This document shows positions 14,767-24,095 of a stretch of 24,095 bases of DNA, piece after piece. Both the position numbers and the translations under genes were made by a program. The stretch comes from Silvanigrellaceae bacterium (lineage in GTDB: Bacteria > Bdellovibrionota_B > Oligoflexia > Silvanigrellales > Silvanigrellaceae), in contig JBMSQQ010000052.1 in NCBI GenBank assembly GCA_049423385.1, forward strand, positions 1-24,095, given 5' to 3'. Every line of letters starts with the position of its first letter. The stretch's first letter is position 1. The notes under the pieces were generated by a model. It was given only the letters and a program-made list of their open reading frames with translations, ran no database searches and had not been told where the DNA came from.

Positions 14767-16842
14767 TTAGGGTCTGCCGCCATTGAAAGCATCAGCATTG
14801 AGCACGATGCGACGTTTGCGGCCCGCCTGACCCAGGGCACCATGGTCCCAACCTGAATACTTGAGCCGCGCCTTTGAACCATCCTGAACAAAAATCTCGG
14901 CACGACGGTTGAACTTGATTTCTACCTTTCCTGCCTCGTGCTTGCCCGAAAAGATGCGTTGGCCATCTGCAGTGACTTGAATCTCAATCGGTTCAGACAA
15001 GGTCAGTGTCGCTGCATTTGAACCTGTCGTCTGAACTTTTGTTGTCGGTTTTGCGGGTGCATTTTCAGCGGCATCGACAGTGGCCGGTTCAGCTTCTGAG
15101 GCATCTGCACTTCCCTCAGAAGGTGCCGTTGTGGTTGCCGTATTGGATTCTTGCTGCACTGCCGCGTTTTCCGGTTTCGATTCGACCTTGGCTGGTTCAC
15201 TTTGAGCTGAAGCATCTGGCTGCACAACCGGGTTGACCGCTCCTGCAACAGCGGTTGATGCAGTCGTTTCCGACACTGATTTTGCAGCATCTGGAGCAGT
15301 TTCCGATGCGCTGGCGCCAGCTTTTTCTTCAGTGGACGACGCGCCATCCGAGGCCGGATTTTGCGCACCTTCAGCATTGACTGTGTTGCCATTGTTATCG
15401 GTATTTGTTGTTTGCGTGCCCTCCTGAAGGGCAAGGCGTCCCACCACGAATACCAACACGCATGCGGCCATCAGGCCCACCGCAATGCTGAGGCCTCGTG
15501 AACCGACAGATTTGGAAACTTCACCCTGCGCTTCCTCCACAACCTCAGCAGGCTGGGTGTGGCTCTTCAAATACTGCTCAGCAGCAGAGACTCCAACCGA
15601 ATCCTTTGATTCTGTCGATTCAAGAACTGCTGTTCCTTCCACGTGAGCTGCGGCGGTCTCTTGTACCTGTGATTTGACTTCAGCCACAGTTTCAACCACT
15701 GGCTCTATAATCTCATTGGACACAGGTGGATTGGAAGCAGACGAGCCAGTTTGCCTGTCGTCGCGCTCGAATTTTCCACCCCTGCTTTTCTTGTTCTTTT
15801 TATTCGAGTTCTGATTGCTCCTGTTGTTGTCGATATTCTGGGTCGACACAGTTTCAGTCTGGTGAACAACGTCGGTGGGGAGTACAACGGTTTCTGTCTT
15901 GTGTTCGACCGCAACTGCCACTGATGTTTGTTCGACTGCAGCAGCTTCCAATGCTTGTTCAACCACCGCTTGAACAACTGGCTCTGCAACAAGGGTGCTT
16001 TCCGCCTTGGGAGTGTTGGTGAAAACCTCCACTTTTGGAGTCTCTGCAGCGCGCAAATCGTCTACCGCCAAGGCAGCCATGATCGGAGCTTCTTCGTGCA
16101 AATTCGAATTTGAAACCGATTGTGCCGCAACCGTGGCCCGCTCTTTTACCGTGACCACTGGCGTTGGTGCCGTTGAAATCGGCCTGATGTTTTGTGGCTG
16201 AGGACGATCATCGATGCTGTCGAGAGTGATTCCCAGAATGCTTGCAACATCGGGAGTCACCACGTCGAGCGGCTCCTCCTCCGGTGTCGATTCAATCATC
16301 CGGTGCATTGTGGTTGGCGGAACCGAGGTCACCCGGGATGCTGCTTGATGGGATTCTGTCGGTCGGACATTCCTTGTGCCGCTTGTCATGGTGCTGGTTT
16401 TGACAGGCTGCTCTGAAGTTCGCGCAGAAACGACAGGATTTGCAGATGGGTCGAGGGTAGCGCGAACCACCGGTATGTCGCGGTCGGAAGCAGTTTCTTT
16501 TTTGTTGCCACCCAACTGATACGGAGCTTGCGCATCCTGCTCGGCTGGCATCACCGTTTGGTTTGCGGCCTGATCGAGCTCTGGAACCGACACGGCCAGT
16601 TCACGTGCATAAATTCTCACGAGTCCGCGTCCGTTCAATCCGGGTGGCAGTTCATTCCATTCACCATCCTCGATGGCAACGAGGTAATGCTCGCGAACCT
16701 TGATTTTGGCCGACAAGGCAGATGTACTGCGTCCAATCGACTCGCGCGCCCTTCGCAGCCGCGCACCGACCTGTTGGGCAATATCAGATGTCACTCCCAG
16801 TGTTGTCCGATTTCCTGATGTTTCCATCCCTGTTCCCATCAC
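14767..16842 (-). CDS. rodZ: RodZ-like protein: HTH, long linker, single TM, periplasmic linker and C-terminal beta domain
   Basis: VGARLRRARE..YLVAIEDG..LP..RGLVRIYARELAV N-terminal HTH; TM near residues 451-471; C-terminal IQVTADG..IFSG...LGQAG (DUF4115-like). Confidence 0.75.
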   Translation of the reverse strand: MMGTGMETSGNRTTLGVTSDIAQQVGARLRRARESIGRSTSALSAKIKVREHYLVAIEDGEWNELPPGLNGRGLVRIYARELAVSVPELDQAANQTVMPAEQDAQAPYQLGGNKKETASDRDIPVVRATLDPSANPVVSARTSEQPVKTSTMTSGTRNVRPTESHQAASRVTSVPPTTMHRMIESTPEEEPLDVVTPDVASILGITLDSIDDRPQPQNIRPISTAPTPVVTVKERATVAAQSVSNSNLHEEAPIMAALAVDDLRAAETPKVEVFTNTPKAESTLVAEPVVQAVVEQALEAAAVEQTSVAVAVEHKTETVVLPTDVVHQTETVSTQNIDNNRSNQNSNKKNKKSRGGKFERDDRQTGSSASNPPVSNEIIEPVVETVAEVKSQVQETAAAHVEGTAVLESTESKDSVGVSAAEQYLKSHTQPAEVVEEAQGEVSKSVGSRGLSIAVGLMAACVLVFVVGRLALQEGTQTTNTDNNGNTVNAEGAQNPASDGASSTEEKAGASASETAPDAAKSVSETTASTAVAGAVNPVVQPDASAQSEPAKVESKPENAAVQQESNTATTTAPSEGSADASEAEPATVDAAENAPAKPTTKVQTTGSNAATLTLSEPIEIQVTADGQRIFSGKHEAGKVEIKFNRRAEIFVQDGSKARLKYSGWDHGALGQAGRKRRIVLNADAFNGGRP

Positions 16843-16861
16843 GTGTCGTTAACCTTTCGCG

Positions 16862-17632
16862 TTATCTTGAAATTTGTTTGCGCAAAGCGAGCGCCTTCTT
16901 TTCAATGGCTGCATCGGGCTTTGCTTTCAAAATTGTGTCCAACTGATTCAGGGCTTGTTTTTTGTCACCGAGTCGATGAGCGACGGCGGCAAGTTCCAAC
17001 TGCGGCTCAAGGCAACCCGGACAAAAATCAACGGCCCGCTGAAAAGATGCCCGTGCTTCCTGCAATCGTCCAGTCGTCATCTGACATTTTCCGATATTAA
17101 AATAGGGCGCGGAGTAGGTAGGGTCGATATCGATGGCCGCACGAAATTCAGGAATGGCGCGATCACAGCGCTTTTCTTCGAGCCAGGTCAGGCCCATGTT
17201 CAAATGCACCCGCTCCATGAACTCATATTTACCGCGCTTGAAAATTTCGCCCAACGAAACACGAGCGTCCTTTTGTCGACCCAGAAGTATTTGCGTGTAT
17301 GCAACGTTCAGTCGGGCAGCATCGTTGGCCGGCTCGATGCGCAGCACATTGGCGAAGCTCTTCAGCGCGCCTTCGGGGTTGTTGAGTCCCAACAAAGAGA
17401 TACCCAGCAGCATGTGGACTTCCGAAGAAGCCGTTTCGGATTTCGATCTCTGCAAAAGGAACTGAACGGCACGTTGATACTCGCCTTGCCCCACCATTTG
17501 CCGAGCAAGCTCAAGACTTGCTTGTTGGTTTCTGCTTTCGGGCGTGTCGGTGCCGGTGCTCGCACATGCCGTCGCAAGCACCAATAACGCTATGGCAGTT
17601 GAAGCAATCCATTTCATAAAACGACCCATCAC
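16862..17632 (-). CDS. TPR lipoprotein, PilF/PilW/Tgl pilotin-like
   Basis: Lipobox LATAC after a hydrophobic signal, then ~5-6 TPR repeats. GTGA overlap with the ftsK stop; lies directly upstream of rodZ, as pilF does in many Proteobacteria. Confidence 0.72.
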   Translation of the reverse strand: MMGRFMKWIASTAIALLVLATACASTGTDTPESRNQQASLELARQMVGQGEYQRAVQFLLQRSKSETASSEVHMLLGISLLGLNNPEGALKSFANVLRIEPANDAARLNVAYTQILLGRQKDARVSLGEIFKRGKYEFMERVHLNMGLTWLEEKRCDRAIPEFRAAIDIDPTYSAPYFNIGKCQMTTGRLQEARASFQRAVDFCPGCLEPQLELAAVAHRLGDKKQALNQLDTILKAKPDAAIEKKALALRKQISR

Positions 17633-20022
17633 ACCTGAGACATCGTTCCACGTTCCGACGACAACACCTGTCTGGGCTTTCCAGCGATATCGCTTGGGCC
17701 CACGAGACCATCTTTAACCATGCGATCCATGAGCCGCGCTGCCTTGTTGTAACCAATGCGGAAATTTCGCTGAAGGCTCGATGTACTCACGGTTCCCGAG
17801 CTGACGGCAAAATCGATGGCGCGGTCGTAAAGGTCATTCTCGTCCATCTGCGAGGTGTCGCCACCTGCCTCGTCAATTTTTCCTCCCGCACCCGCGTCAT
17901 TTTTTTGGCTGATTTGCTGAGCATTCCGTTGAACCGCAGCCATGGTGTCGTTGTCGTATTTCGCTGGATAAAGTTCCCGCAGCTTTTCGCTCAATTGATT
18001 GATTTCGCGATCGCCAATGTATGCTCCATGACCTCGCACAATCCGACTTGTTCCTGGAGGCAGGAACAACATATCGCCCTTGCCCAACAATCTCTCGGCG
18101 CCAATGCTCTCGATGATGGTCCTGCTGTCATGCTTGGATGCAACCTGGAACGAAATGCGACATGGCAGGTTTGCCTTGATGACGCCAGTGATGACGTCAA
18201 CGCTGGGCCGTTGTGTGGCGAGAATCAAATGAATCCCCGCCGCCCGTGCCTTTTGTGCGAGTCGCTGGATGGAATCTTCGATGTCGCGCGGAGCGGTCAT
18301 CATCAGGTCACACAGCTCGTCGATGACAACAACAATATAGGGCAGGGGAGCTGGTGTTTCTCCAGCCAGCTGTTCAACAGTGAGACGGTTCGCCTGAACT
18401 TCCTGGTTGAAGGCTGCTATGTTTCGCACCGCAGCCCGACGCATCAAGAGATAGCGTCGCTCCATCTCATCAATCGCCCACTTCAGGGCACCCGCTGCCT
18501 TGGAAGGATCCGTGACCACAGGCATCAGCAGGTGACCAATTCCGTCGTAGTTCGAAAGCTCGAGCATCTTCGGGTCAACCAGAATAAAACGAACCTGTTC
18601 CGGAGAGCGGGACATCATCAAACTGAGCAGCGTGACGTTGATACCCACTGATTTTCCAGAACCCGTTGCGCCGGCAATCAACAGATGCGGCATCCCGCTG
18701 AGATCTGCCACGAGTGGAGAGCCATCCACATTTTTACCCAAGGCCATCGGCAAGGGTGTGGTGGTATCGCGGAACTGGCCGTGGCTCATCACATCGCGCA
18801 AGGCAACAATCTCGCGAACCGGAGCAGGGACTTCAATACCTATCGTGCTTTTGCCCGGTTGCGGCGCCATGAGGACACTTTGCGCCTTCAAGCCCAGTGC
18901 CAAGTCCTCCTGCAAGGAAAGCACCTTGGTCACCTTGATGCCCGATGCTGGCTCGAATTCATGCACATTCACCACGGGCCCGGGCTGACTCTTGACGACA
19001 CGTCCGGTGACTCCAAAAGTCCCAAGCTTCATCGCCAACAGATGCGCCTGTGCCTCGAGACCCTTTTGAATGGTGAGGCTGTCGCCCTGGGTGGACATTC
19101 CCTGTGGAAGAATCTCCATCAGTGCGTCGAACGTCTGCACCGAAACACTCGCATTCGTGGGTTTGTTGTTCTGCTTGAGCATCGGTCTCAAGGTTGAGGT
19201 CTTCTCGCCAGGCGGCTGGTTGGATTCGGCAATTTTCTGGGCCATGAACAAGGATTCAGTAGCCACTGTTCTTTCCGCAGGCTTGCGCTCAGGCATTGTC
19301 ACGACAGGCTTGCGTGTCACTTCAAGGACGTTCTCTTCTTCCGATCGCTGAACCTCTTTCACGGAATTTGACTTGGCTTCCCTGGCATCCGTCGTTGAAG
19401 CCTCGGCAGCAAGTTCACGGAAACGGCTCCATGGCAAACGACCCAAGAGCCAGACAACCGTGGACACTGGATTCACCCCAAGACACAAAGGCAAACTTGT
19501 CAGCAAGCCTGCGGACAAAACAACCCGTGCTCCGGAAATTCCGAAATTGGGAATCAGCGCCGCAAGTGTTTTGCTGCCCAACCAACCCGCAACCGGAAAA
19601 CCGATTCCAGAAAATGCAATTTCTTCGCGCACCGAACTCAGCAAACCCAAAAGGCACAGTGCAAGCTGGGGATATCCAAAGATGCGCATGACCCAGCGAG
19701 GACGCACGCGTGGCCGCTGAAACAGCTGAAGACTGTGAACGAGCGCAATCGCACTGAAGACGTAGGCACCCACTCCAAAAAATTGAATCAGCCATTCAGA
19801 GAGATTCGCGCCGAATGCACCCAGGATGTTGAAATAGGTTGAGCCATTGGGCATCTTCGAAGTCAGGACGAGATGAAACGTTGAAGCGTCCTTGGGATTG
19901 AACGAATAAACAGACAGGCAAACAACCACCGCAGCCGACAGGGCAACGAGTGCAAAGTAATCGGACACAAAAACAGAATTCTTTTTTGAATCCGAATTCC
20001 AATTTAAACTGAAGCGACCCAT
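17629..20022 (-). CDS. ftsK: DNA translocase FtsK
   Basis: N-terminal TM domain (NILGAFGA), Walker A GATGSGKS, VVVIDE, ATQRPSVDVITG and gamma domain STSSLQRNFRIGYNKAAR. ATG 20022 with GAGGG RBS is preferred over 20079, which overlaps the divergent gene. Confidence 0.96.
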   Translation of the reverse strand: MGRFSLNWNSDSKKNSVFVSDYFALVALSAAVVVCLSVYSFNPKDASTFHLVLTSKMPNGSTYFNILGAFGANLSEWLIQFFGVGAYVFSAIALVHSLQLFQRPRVRPRWVMRIFGYPQLALCLLGLLSSVREEIAFSGIGFPVAGWLGSKTLAALIPNFGISGARVVLSAGLLTSLPLCLGVNPVSTVVWLLGRLPWSRFRELAAEASTTDAREAKSNSVKEVQRSEEENVLEVTRKPVVTMPERKPAERTVATESLFMAQKIAESNQPPGEKTSTLRPMLKQNNKPTNASVSVQTFDALMEILPQGMSTQGDSLTIQKGLEAQAHLLAMKLGTFGVTGRVVKSQPGPVVNVHEFEPASGIKVTKVLSLQEDLALGLKAQSVLMAPQPGKSTIGIEVPAPVREIVALRDVMSHGQFRDTTTPLPMALGKNVDGSPLVADLSGMPHLLIAGATGSGKSVGINVTLLSLMMSRSPEQVRFILVDPKMLELSNYDGIGHLLMPVVTDPSKAAGALKWAIDEMERRYLLMRRAAVRNIAAFNQEVQANRLTVEQLAGETPAPLPYIVVVIDELCDLMMTAPRDIEDSIQRLAQKARAAGIHLILATQRPSVDVITGVIKANLPCRISFQVASKHDSRTIIESIGAERLLGKGDMLFLPPGTSRIVRGHGAYIGDREINQLSEKLRELYPAKYDNDTMAAVQRNAQQISQKNDAGAGGKIDEAGGDTSQMDENDLYDRAIDFAVSSGTVSTSSLQRNFRIGYNKAARLMDRMVKDGLVGPSDIAGKPRQVLSSERGTMSQV

Positions 20023-20056
20023 CGAGCACACCCTCGTCTGGAACAAAGGAGAAGAT

Positions 20057-20779
20057 ATGGAGACACTGCCGACAGCCATTCAGGCTCTCGTCTCGGACGC
20101 CATGATCGGACTATTGTCACCCTTGGATTCTCTCAGATTCATGCGTTCCAAAAAATCGGTTCTGGTCATGGGACTGGCGCCTTACCTTGTTGCCATTGTC
20201 CTGTATGGTGTGCTTGTGGCCCGCTGGGTGATGCCGTTGCTGACCGGATTTCTTATAGAAAAACAGCTGATTCCGGTTGGCTGGAATGGCCTCATCCTGC
20301 TCGACATCATCATCTGGATTTTCGCCCTGACCCTGTTTGCCATTTTGGGGCCTGCCTTCGTCAACACGCTTGCCAGTCCTCTCTTTGATGTCGTTGCAGC
20401 AAGGACGTACGAACACGTGGGTCGGCAAAAATTGCCGGCTGGTAGCCTGTCCACGGCCGTTCGCAGTTTTTTGGGTGAATGCTCAAAACTGGCAATTTGG
20501 CTCATGATCACGATATTTTTGGCATCCATTCCATTTGCTGCAATATTGGGCGGTCCATTCGCGCTCTGGTTCATGGGCTGGACCCAAGTCGACAGAACCC
20601 TCAACCTTAAAACCATGCACCTGCGCGAGAGGCTGCTTTTTGGCCTTGAACACGTACCGGCCTGCATTTGCCTTGGAATCTGGGGGCTCATTCCCGGCCT
20701 CAACACGCTGTTCACCTTCCTCATGGCCTCTGCGGGTGCCGTCGTTGTTGCAAAAGCTGAGCAACGTAATAATCAATAA
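20057..20779 (+). CDS. EI24/CysZ-like membrane protein
   Basis: Hydrophobic helices and a LASPLFDVVA-RTYE segment resembling the CysZ/EI24 family; AAGGAG RBS. Confidence 0.65.
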   Translation: METLPTAIQALVSDAMIGLLSPLDSLRFMRSKKSVLVMGLAPYLVAIVLYGVLVARWVMPLLTGFLIEKQLIPVGWNGLILLDIIIWIFALTLFAILGPAFVNTLASPLFDVVAARTYEHVGRQKLPAGSLSTAVRSFLGECSKLAIWLMITIFLASIPFAAILGGPFALWFMGWTQVDRTLNLKTMHLRERLLFGLEHVPACICLGIWGLIPGLNTLFTFLMASAGAVVVAKAEQRNNQ

Positions 20780-20830
20780 CGACGCCGATTCCCGGTTTGC
20801 AATCGGACAACCCCGCACAAGGAACCACTG

Positions 20831-21697
20831 GTGCTGCAAAGACTCGGGGCCTATCTGGAGGCCATCAAATTCAGCCACACCATTTTTGCGATGCCGTTCG
20901 CGCTGCTTGCAACGGTGCTCGCGTTTCGTGGCGCAACTCCTCCTGCGTCGATTTTGCTTTGGATCATTCTTGCAATGGTCGGCGCACGAACCTGGGCAAT
21001 GGCGGTCAATCGGGTTGTTGATGCCCACTTTGATTCACAAAATCCCCGCACCGCGCAACGTGCCGTTGCCAAAGGTGAGATCAAAAAATCCTCAATGATG
21101 ATATTCGGTGGCGCGGGAGCAGCATTGCTGATTTTCGCAGCCGCAAGCTTGTCGCAAACTGCGCTCTACTGCGCCATTCCGTTGTTGTTGATTTTGGGCA
21201 GCTACAGTTACGCAAAACGCTTCAGCGTATTGTGTCATTATTGGTTGGGCGTATGCCTGGGGCTCGCCCCGTTGGGAGCCTGGGTTGCCATCCGTGGAAC
21301 GCTTCCTGCGGAACTTTTACTCCTCACCGGCGGTATTGCTTTGTGGGTGGGTGGCTTCGACATCATCTACGCACTGCAGGACCGAAACTTCGACAAAGAA
21401 ATCGGACTCAAAAGCATTCCCAGCCGCTTCGGCCTGGTGCCGGCCCTTTGGACGGCGCGCATCAGCCACATGGGAGCAGCAATTCTTTTTGCCCTGTTCG
21501 GATTTTATCACCAGCTGGGTGCCGTTTATTTTTCGGGTCTAGTAATCTCTGTCGCACTGATGGTTCACCAGCACCGGATCGTCCGTAAGGATTCGCTCGA
21601 AAGAATCGAATTTGCGTTTTTCAATTTGAATGGATGGATTGCGGTTCTGTTGTTTGTCGCTGCATCCGTTTCGCTGTGGCTCGAAACCGTTCCGTAA
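20831..21697 (+). CDS. UbiA-family prenyltransferase, MqnP-like (futalosine menaquinone pathway type)
   Basis: IKFSHTIFAMPFA, NRVVDAHFD..NPRT.R, YSYAKRF and FDIIYALQD motifs; multiple TM helices. Confidence 0.88.
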   Translation: MLQRLGAYLEAIKFSHTIFAMPFALLATVLAFRGATPPASILLWIILAMVGARTWAMAVNRVVDAHFDSQNPRTAQRAVAKGEIKKSSMMIFGGAGAALLIFAAASLSQTALYCAIPLLLILGSYSYAKRFSVLCHYWLGVCLGLAPLGAWVAIRGTLPAELLLLTGGIALWVGGFDIIYALQDRNFDKEIGLKSIPSRFGLVPALWTARISHMGAAILFALFGFYHQLGAVYFSGLVISVALMVHQHRIVRKDSLERIEFAFFNLNGWIAVLLFVAASVSLWLETVP

Positions 21698-21717
21698 GCT
21701 CAAGGAGTTTGTCGATC

Positions 21718-24095
21718 ATGACGTACCTGCACAAAGACATCGAACCCAAATGGCAAAAGCACTGGGCCACGAACGATATTTTTGCGACCACGGAAGATCC
21801 CTCAAAACCAAAATATTATGCGCTCGACATGTTCCCTTATCCTTCGGCTGCCGGCCTCCACGTGGGTCACGTGCTCGGCTACACCGCAACCGATATCGTC
21901 GCGCGCTTTTACCGCATGAAGGGCTACAACGTTCTTCACCCGATGGGGTGGGACGCCTTCGGACTTCCGGCTGAGCAACACGCTATCGACACGGGCGAAC
22001 ACCCGGCGAAGCTCACCTACCGCAATATCGACAACTTCCGCCGACAGCTCAGTGCCCTTGGATTTTCCTACGACTGGAGCCGTGAAATCGCCACTTGTGA
22101 TCCGTCGTACTATCACTGGACGCAAAAAATATTTCAGGTCCTGCATGATCGCGGTCTCGCCTATCAAGCAGAAATGGCCGTCAACTGGTGCCCTGCGCTC
22201 AAGACGGTTTTGGCAAACGAAGAAGTGATCGACGGCAAAAGCGAGCGCGGCGGGCATCCGGTCGTGCGCGTGCCGATGCGCCAATGGATGCTCAAGATCA
22301 CGGCCTATGCCGAGCGCTTGCTGGCAGACCTTGATGACCTCGAATGGCCTGAAAACATCAAAGACATTCAGCGCAACTGGATCGGAAAATCGGTGGGTGC
22401 ACGCATCCGCTTTGCGATGTCGAATCATCCCGACGCAAAAGTCGAAGTCTTCACCACACGGCCGGACACACTCTTTGGTGCGACCTACCTTGTGTTGGCG
22501 CCAGAGCATCCACTCGTGGATAAAATCACCACCGCCGCGCAATCAGCAGAAGTCAAAAAATATCAGGACGAAGCTGCGAAAAAGTCTGACCTCGACCGCA
22601 CCGAATTGAACAAAGACAAAACCGGCGCATTCACGGGCGCATTCGCCAAGCATCCTGTCACGGGCGAAAATCTGCCGGTGTGGATCAGCGACTACGTGAT
22701 GATGACCTATGGCACGGGCGCCATCATGGCCGTGCCCGGACACGACGAACGCGATCACGAATTTGCACGTGCATTTGGTCTGACGATCAAACAAGTTGTG
22801 CAATCGGCAGAGCATCCAGTTGATATTCAAAAGACCGCCTACAGTGGCCCCGGAACTCTTGTGAATTCGCAATTCCTCGACGGAAAATCGGTTGCCGACG
22901 CCAAGGCTGCGATGATTGATCACCTGGTGAAATCCGGACACGGCGAGGCCAGCACCACCTACAAATTCCGCGATTGGTTGTTCTCGCGCCAACGCTATTG
23001 GGGTGAGCCCATTCCTGTTTTGAAGAACGCACAGGGGCAAGTGTTGCGCACGCTGCGCGATGACGAATTGCCACTCACGTTGCCAGAAGTCACTAGCTAC
23101 GAGCCCACCGGCGACGGCAAATCACCACTCGCCAACATCACCTCGTGGGTGCAACGCGATGGCGACACTTTCGTTGAAACCGACACGATGCCCGGCAGCG
23201 CCGGTTCAAGCTGGTACTTTTTGCGCTACTGCGACCCGCGCAACACCAAACTTCCGTTCGACTTCAAGAAGGCACAATTCTGGATGCCGGTTGACCTTTA
23301 CGTTGGCGGCCAGGAACACGCGGTGGGGCATCTGCTGTATTCAAGATTCTGGACGAAGGTCTTGTTTGATGCGGGCCTCTGCCCGGTCAAGGAACCCTTC
23401 AAGAAGCTCATCAACCAAGGGATGATTTGCCGCAACGGTGCCAAGATGTCGAAGTCGAAAGGCAATGGTGTCAATCCCGACGAAGTGCTCGAAAAATTTG
23501 GTGCAGATGCACTGCGCGTCTATGAAATGTTCATGGGTCCGCTGACGCAAACCAAGGAATGGGAAGATTCCAACCTGGCCGGCATCTATCGCTTCCTGCA
23601 GCGCATCGAACGCCACGTTGTCGACGAAAACGGACGCAGCCTGCTCAACGACGAAACCCCGAGCCGCGATGAACTGCGCTTGCTGCACAAGACAATCAAG
23701 AAGATCACTGCCGACATCGAAAACTTGTCTTTCAACACGTCGGTTTCACAGATGATGATTTTCCTCAACGGCATGGCCGAATCCAACTGCAGATCCAAGG
23801 CCGTGTGGCGCGAATTCATTCCGCTGCTCGCACCCTTTGCACCACACCTCGCCGAAGATCTCTGGCACACGTGCTTTCATGCCGAAAAATCGCCTGCCGA
23901 GAAATCATATCCATTTGCCAGCGTCACGGCGTGGCCAAGCTTCGACGAGTCGCTTGCGCGCGACGACGAAGTCAAGATTGGTGTTCAGATCAACGGCAAG
24001 GCGAGGGGAGAAATCACCCTGCCGCTCGACTGCGACCAGGACACTGCGGTGAAGATTGCGAACGAAGACAAAACCGTTGCAGCAGCGCTTGCCAC
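21718..24095 (+). CDS. leuS: Leucine--tRNA ligase, 3'-truncated by the window edge
   Basis: Manual translation from ATG 21718 (AAGGAG RBS): MFPYPS..GLHVGH (H at 21859), GWDAFGLPAE, editing domain TTRPDT and GTGAIMAVPGHD, SRQRYWG, KMSKS at 23443, VQINGK. Absent from the ORF track because there is no stop codon in the window. Confidence 0.97.
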   Translation, partial: MTYLHKDIEPKWQKHWATNDIFATTEDPSKPKYYALDMFPYPSAAGLHVGHVLGYTATDIVARFYRMKGYNVLHPMGWDAFGLPAEQHAIDTGEHPAKLTYRNIDNFRRQLSALGFSYDWSREIATCDPSYYHWTQKIFQVLHDRGLAYQAEMAVNWCPALKTVLANEEVIDGKSERGGHPVVRVPMRQWMLKITAYAERLLADLDDLEWPENIKDIQRNWIGKSVGARIRFAMSNHPDAKVEVFTTRPDTLFGATYLVLAPEHPLVDKITTAAQSAEVKKYQDEAAKKSDLDRTELNKDKTGAFTGAFAKHPVTGENLPVWISDYVMMTYGTGAIMAVPGHDERDHEFARAFGLTIKQVVQSAEHPVDIQKTAYSGPGTLVNSQFLDGKSVADAKAAMIDHLVKSGHGEASTTYKFRDWLFSRQRYWGEPIPVLKNAQGQVLRTLRDDELPLTLPEVTSYEPTGDGKSPLANITSWVQRDGDTFVETDTMPGSAGSSWYFLRYCDPRNTKLPFDFKKAQFWMPVDLYVGGQEHAVGHLLYSRFWTKVLFDAGLCPVKEPFKKLINQGMICRNGAKMSKSKGNGVNPDEVLEKFGADALRVYEMFMGPLTQTKEWEDSNLAGIYRFLQRIERHVVDENGRSLLNDETPSRDELRLLHKTIKKITADIENLSFNTSVSQMMIFLNGMAESNCRSKAVWREFIPLLAPFAPHLAEDLWHTCFHAEKSPAEKSYPFASVTAWPSFDESLARDDEVKIGVQINGKARGEITLPLDCDQDTAVKIANEDKTVAAALA

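Noticed and set aside
18340..18347. KOPS-like octamer GGGCAGGG inside ftsK, and a possible nearby dif site
   Set aside because: A single octamer is expected by chance, and I saw no dif-like 28-mer in the window.
21698..21717. T-box leader for leuS
   Set aside because: Only 20 nt separate leuS from the upstream gene.

Overview
Gene-dense bacterial core-chromosome window, roughly 50% GC by eye. Gene content (CglF/GltF-like gliding protein, Tgl/PilF-like TPR lipoprotein, MqnP-type prenyltransferase, Hanks kinase) suggests a Bdellovibrionota/Myxococcota-like organism; this is an inference. Gene order: partial hypothetical, M3 oligoendopeptidase -> | <- rpsO | ribD, XerC/D-like protein, Ser/Thr kinase, BtuF-like binding protein, secreted thermonuclease -> | <- uvrC | RG-repeat/R3H protein, ComEC-like, CglF-like -> | <- ligA, rodZ-like, TPR lipoprotein, ftsK | EI24/CysZ-like, UbiA/MqnP, leuS (runs off the window, absent from the ORF track) ->. 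No rRNA, tRNA, CRISPR array or mobile element is evident. The most striking feature is the full-length Xer-like protein: it has lost five of its six canonical catalytic residues, including nucleophile Tyr->Phe, and is translationally coupled to a non-RD kinase. This suggests a repurposed, non-catalytic DNA-binding module. Also notable are an R3H protein with RGDRGG tandem repeats, a RodZ with a ~350-aa cytoplasmic linker, an orphan GltF-like gene, and a structured rpsO leader.
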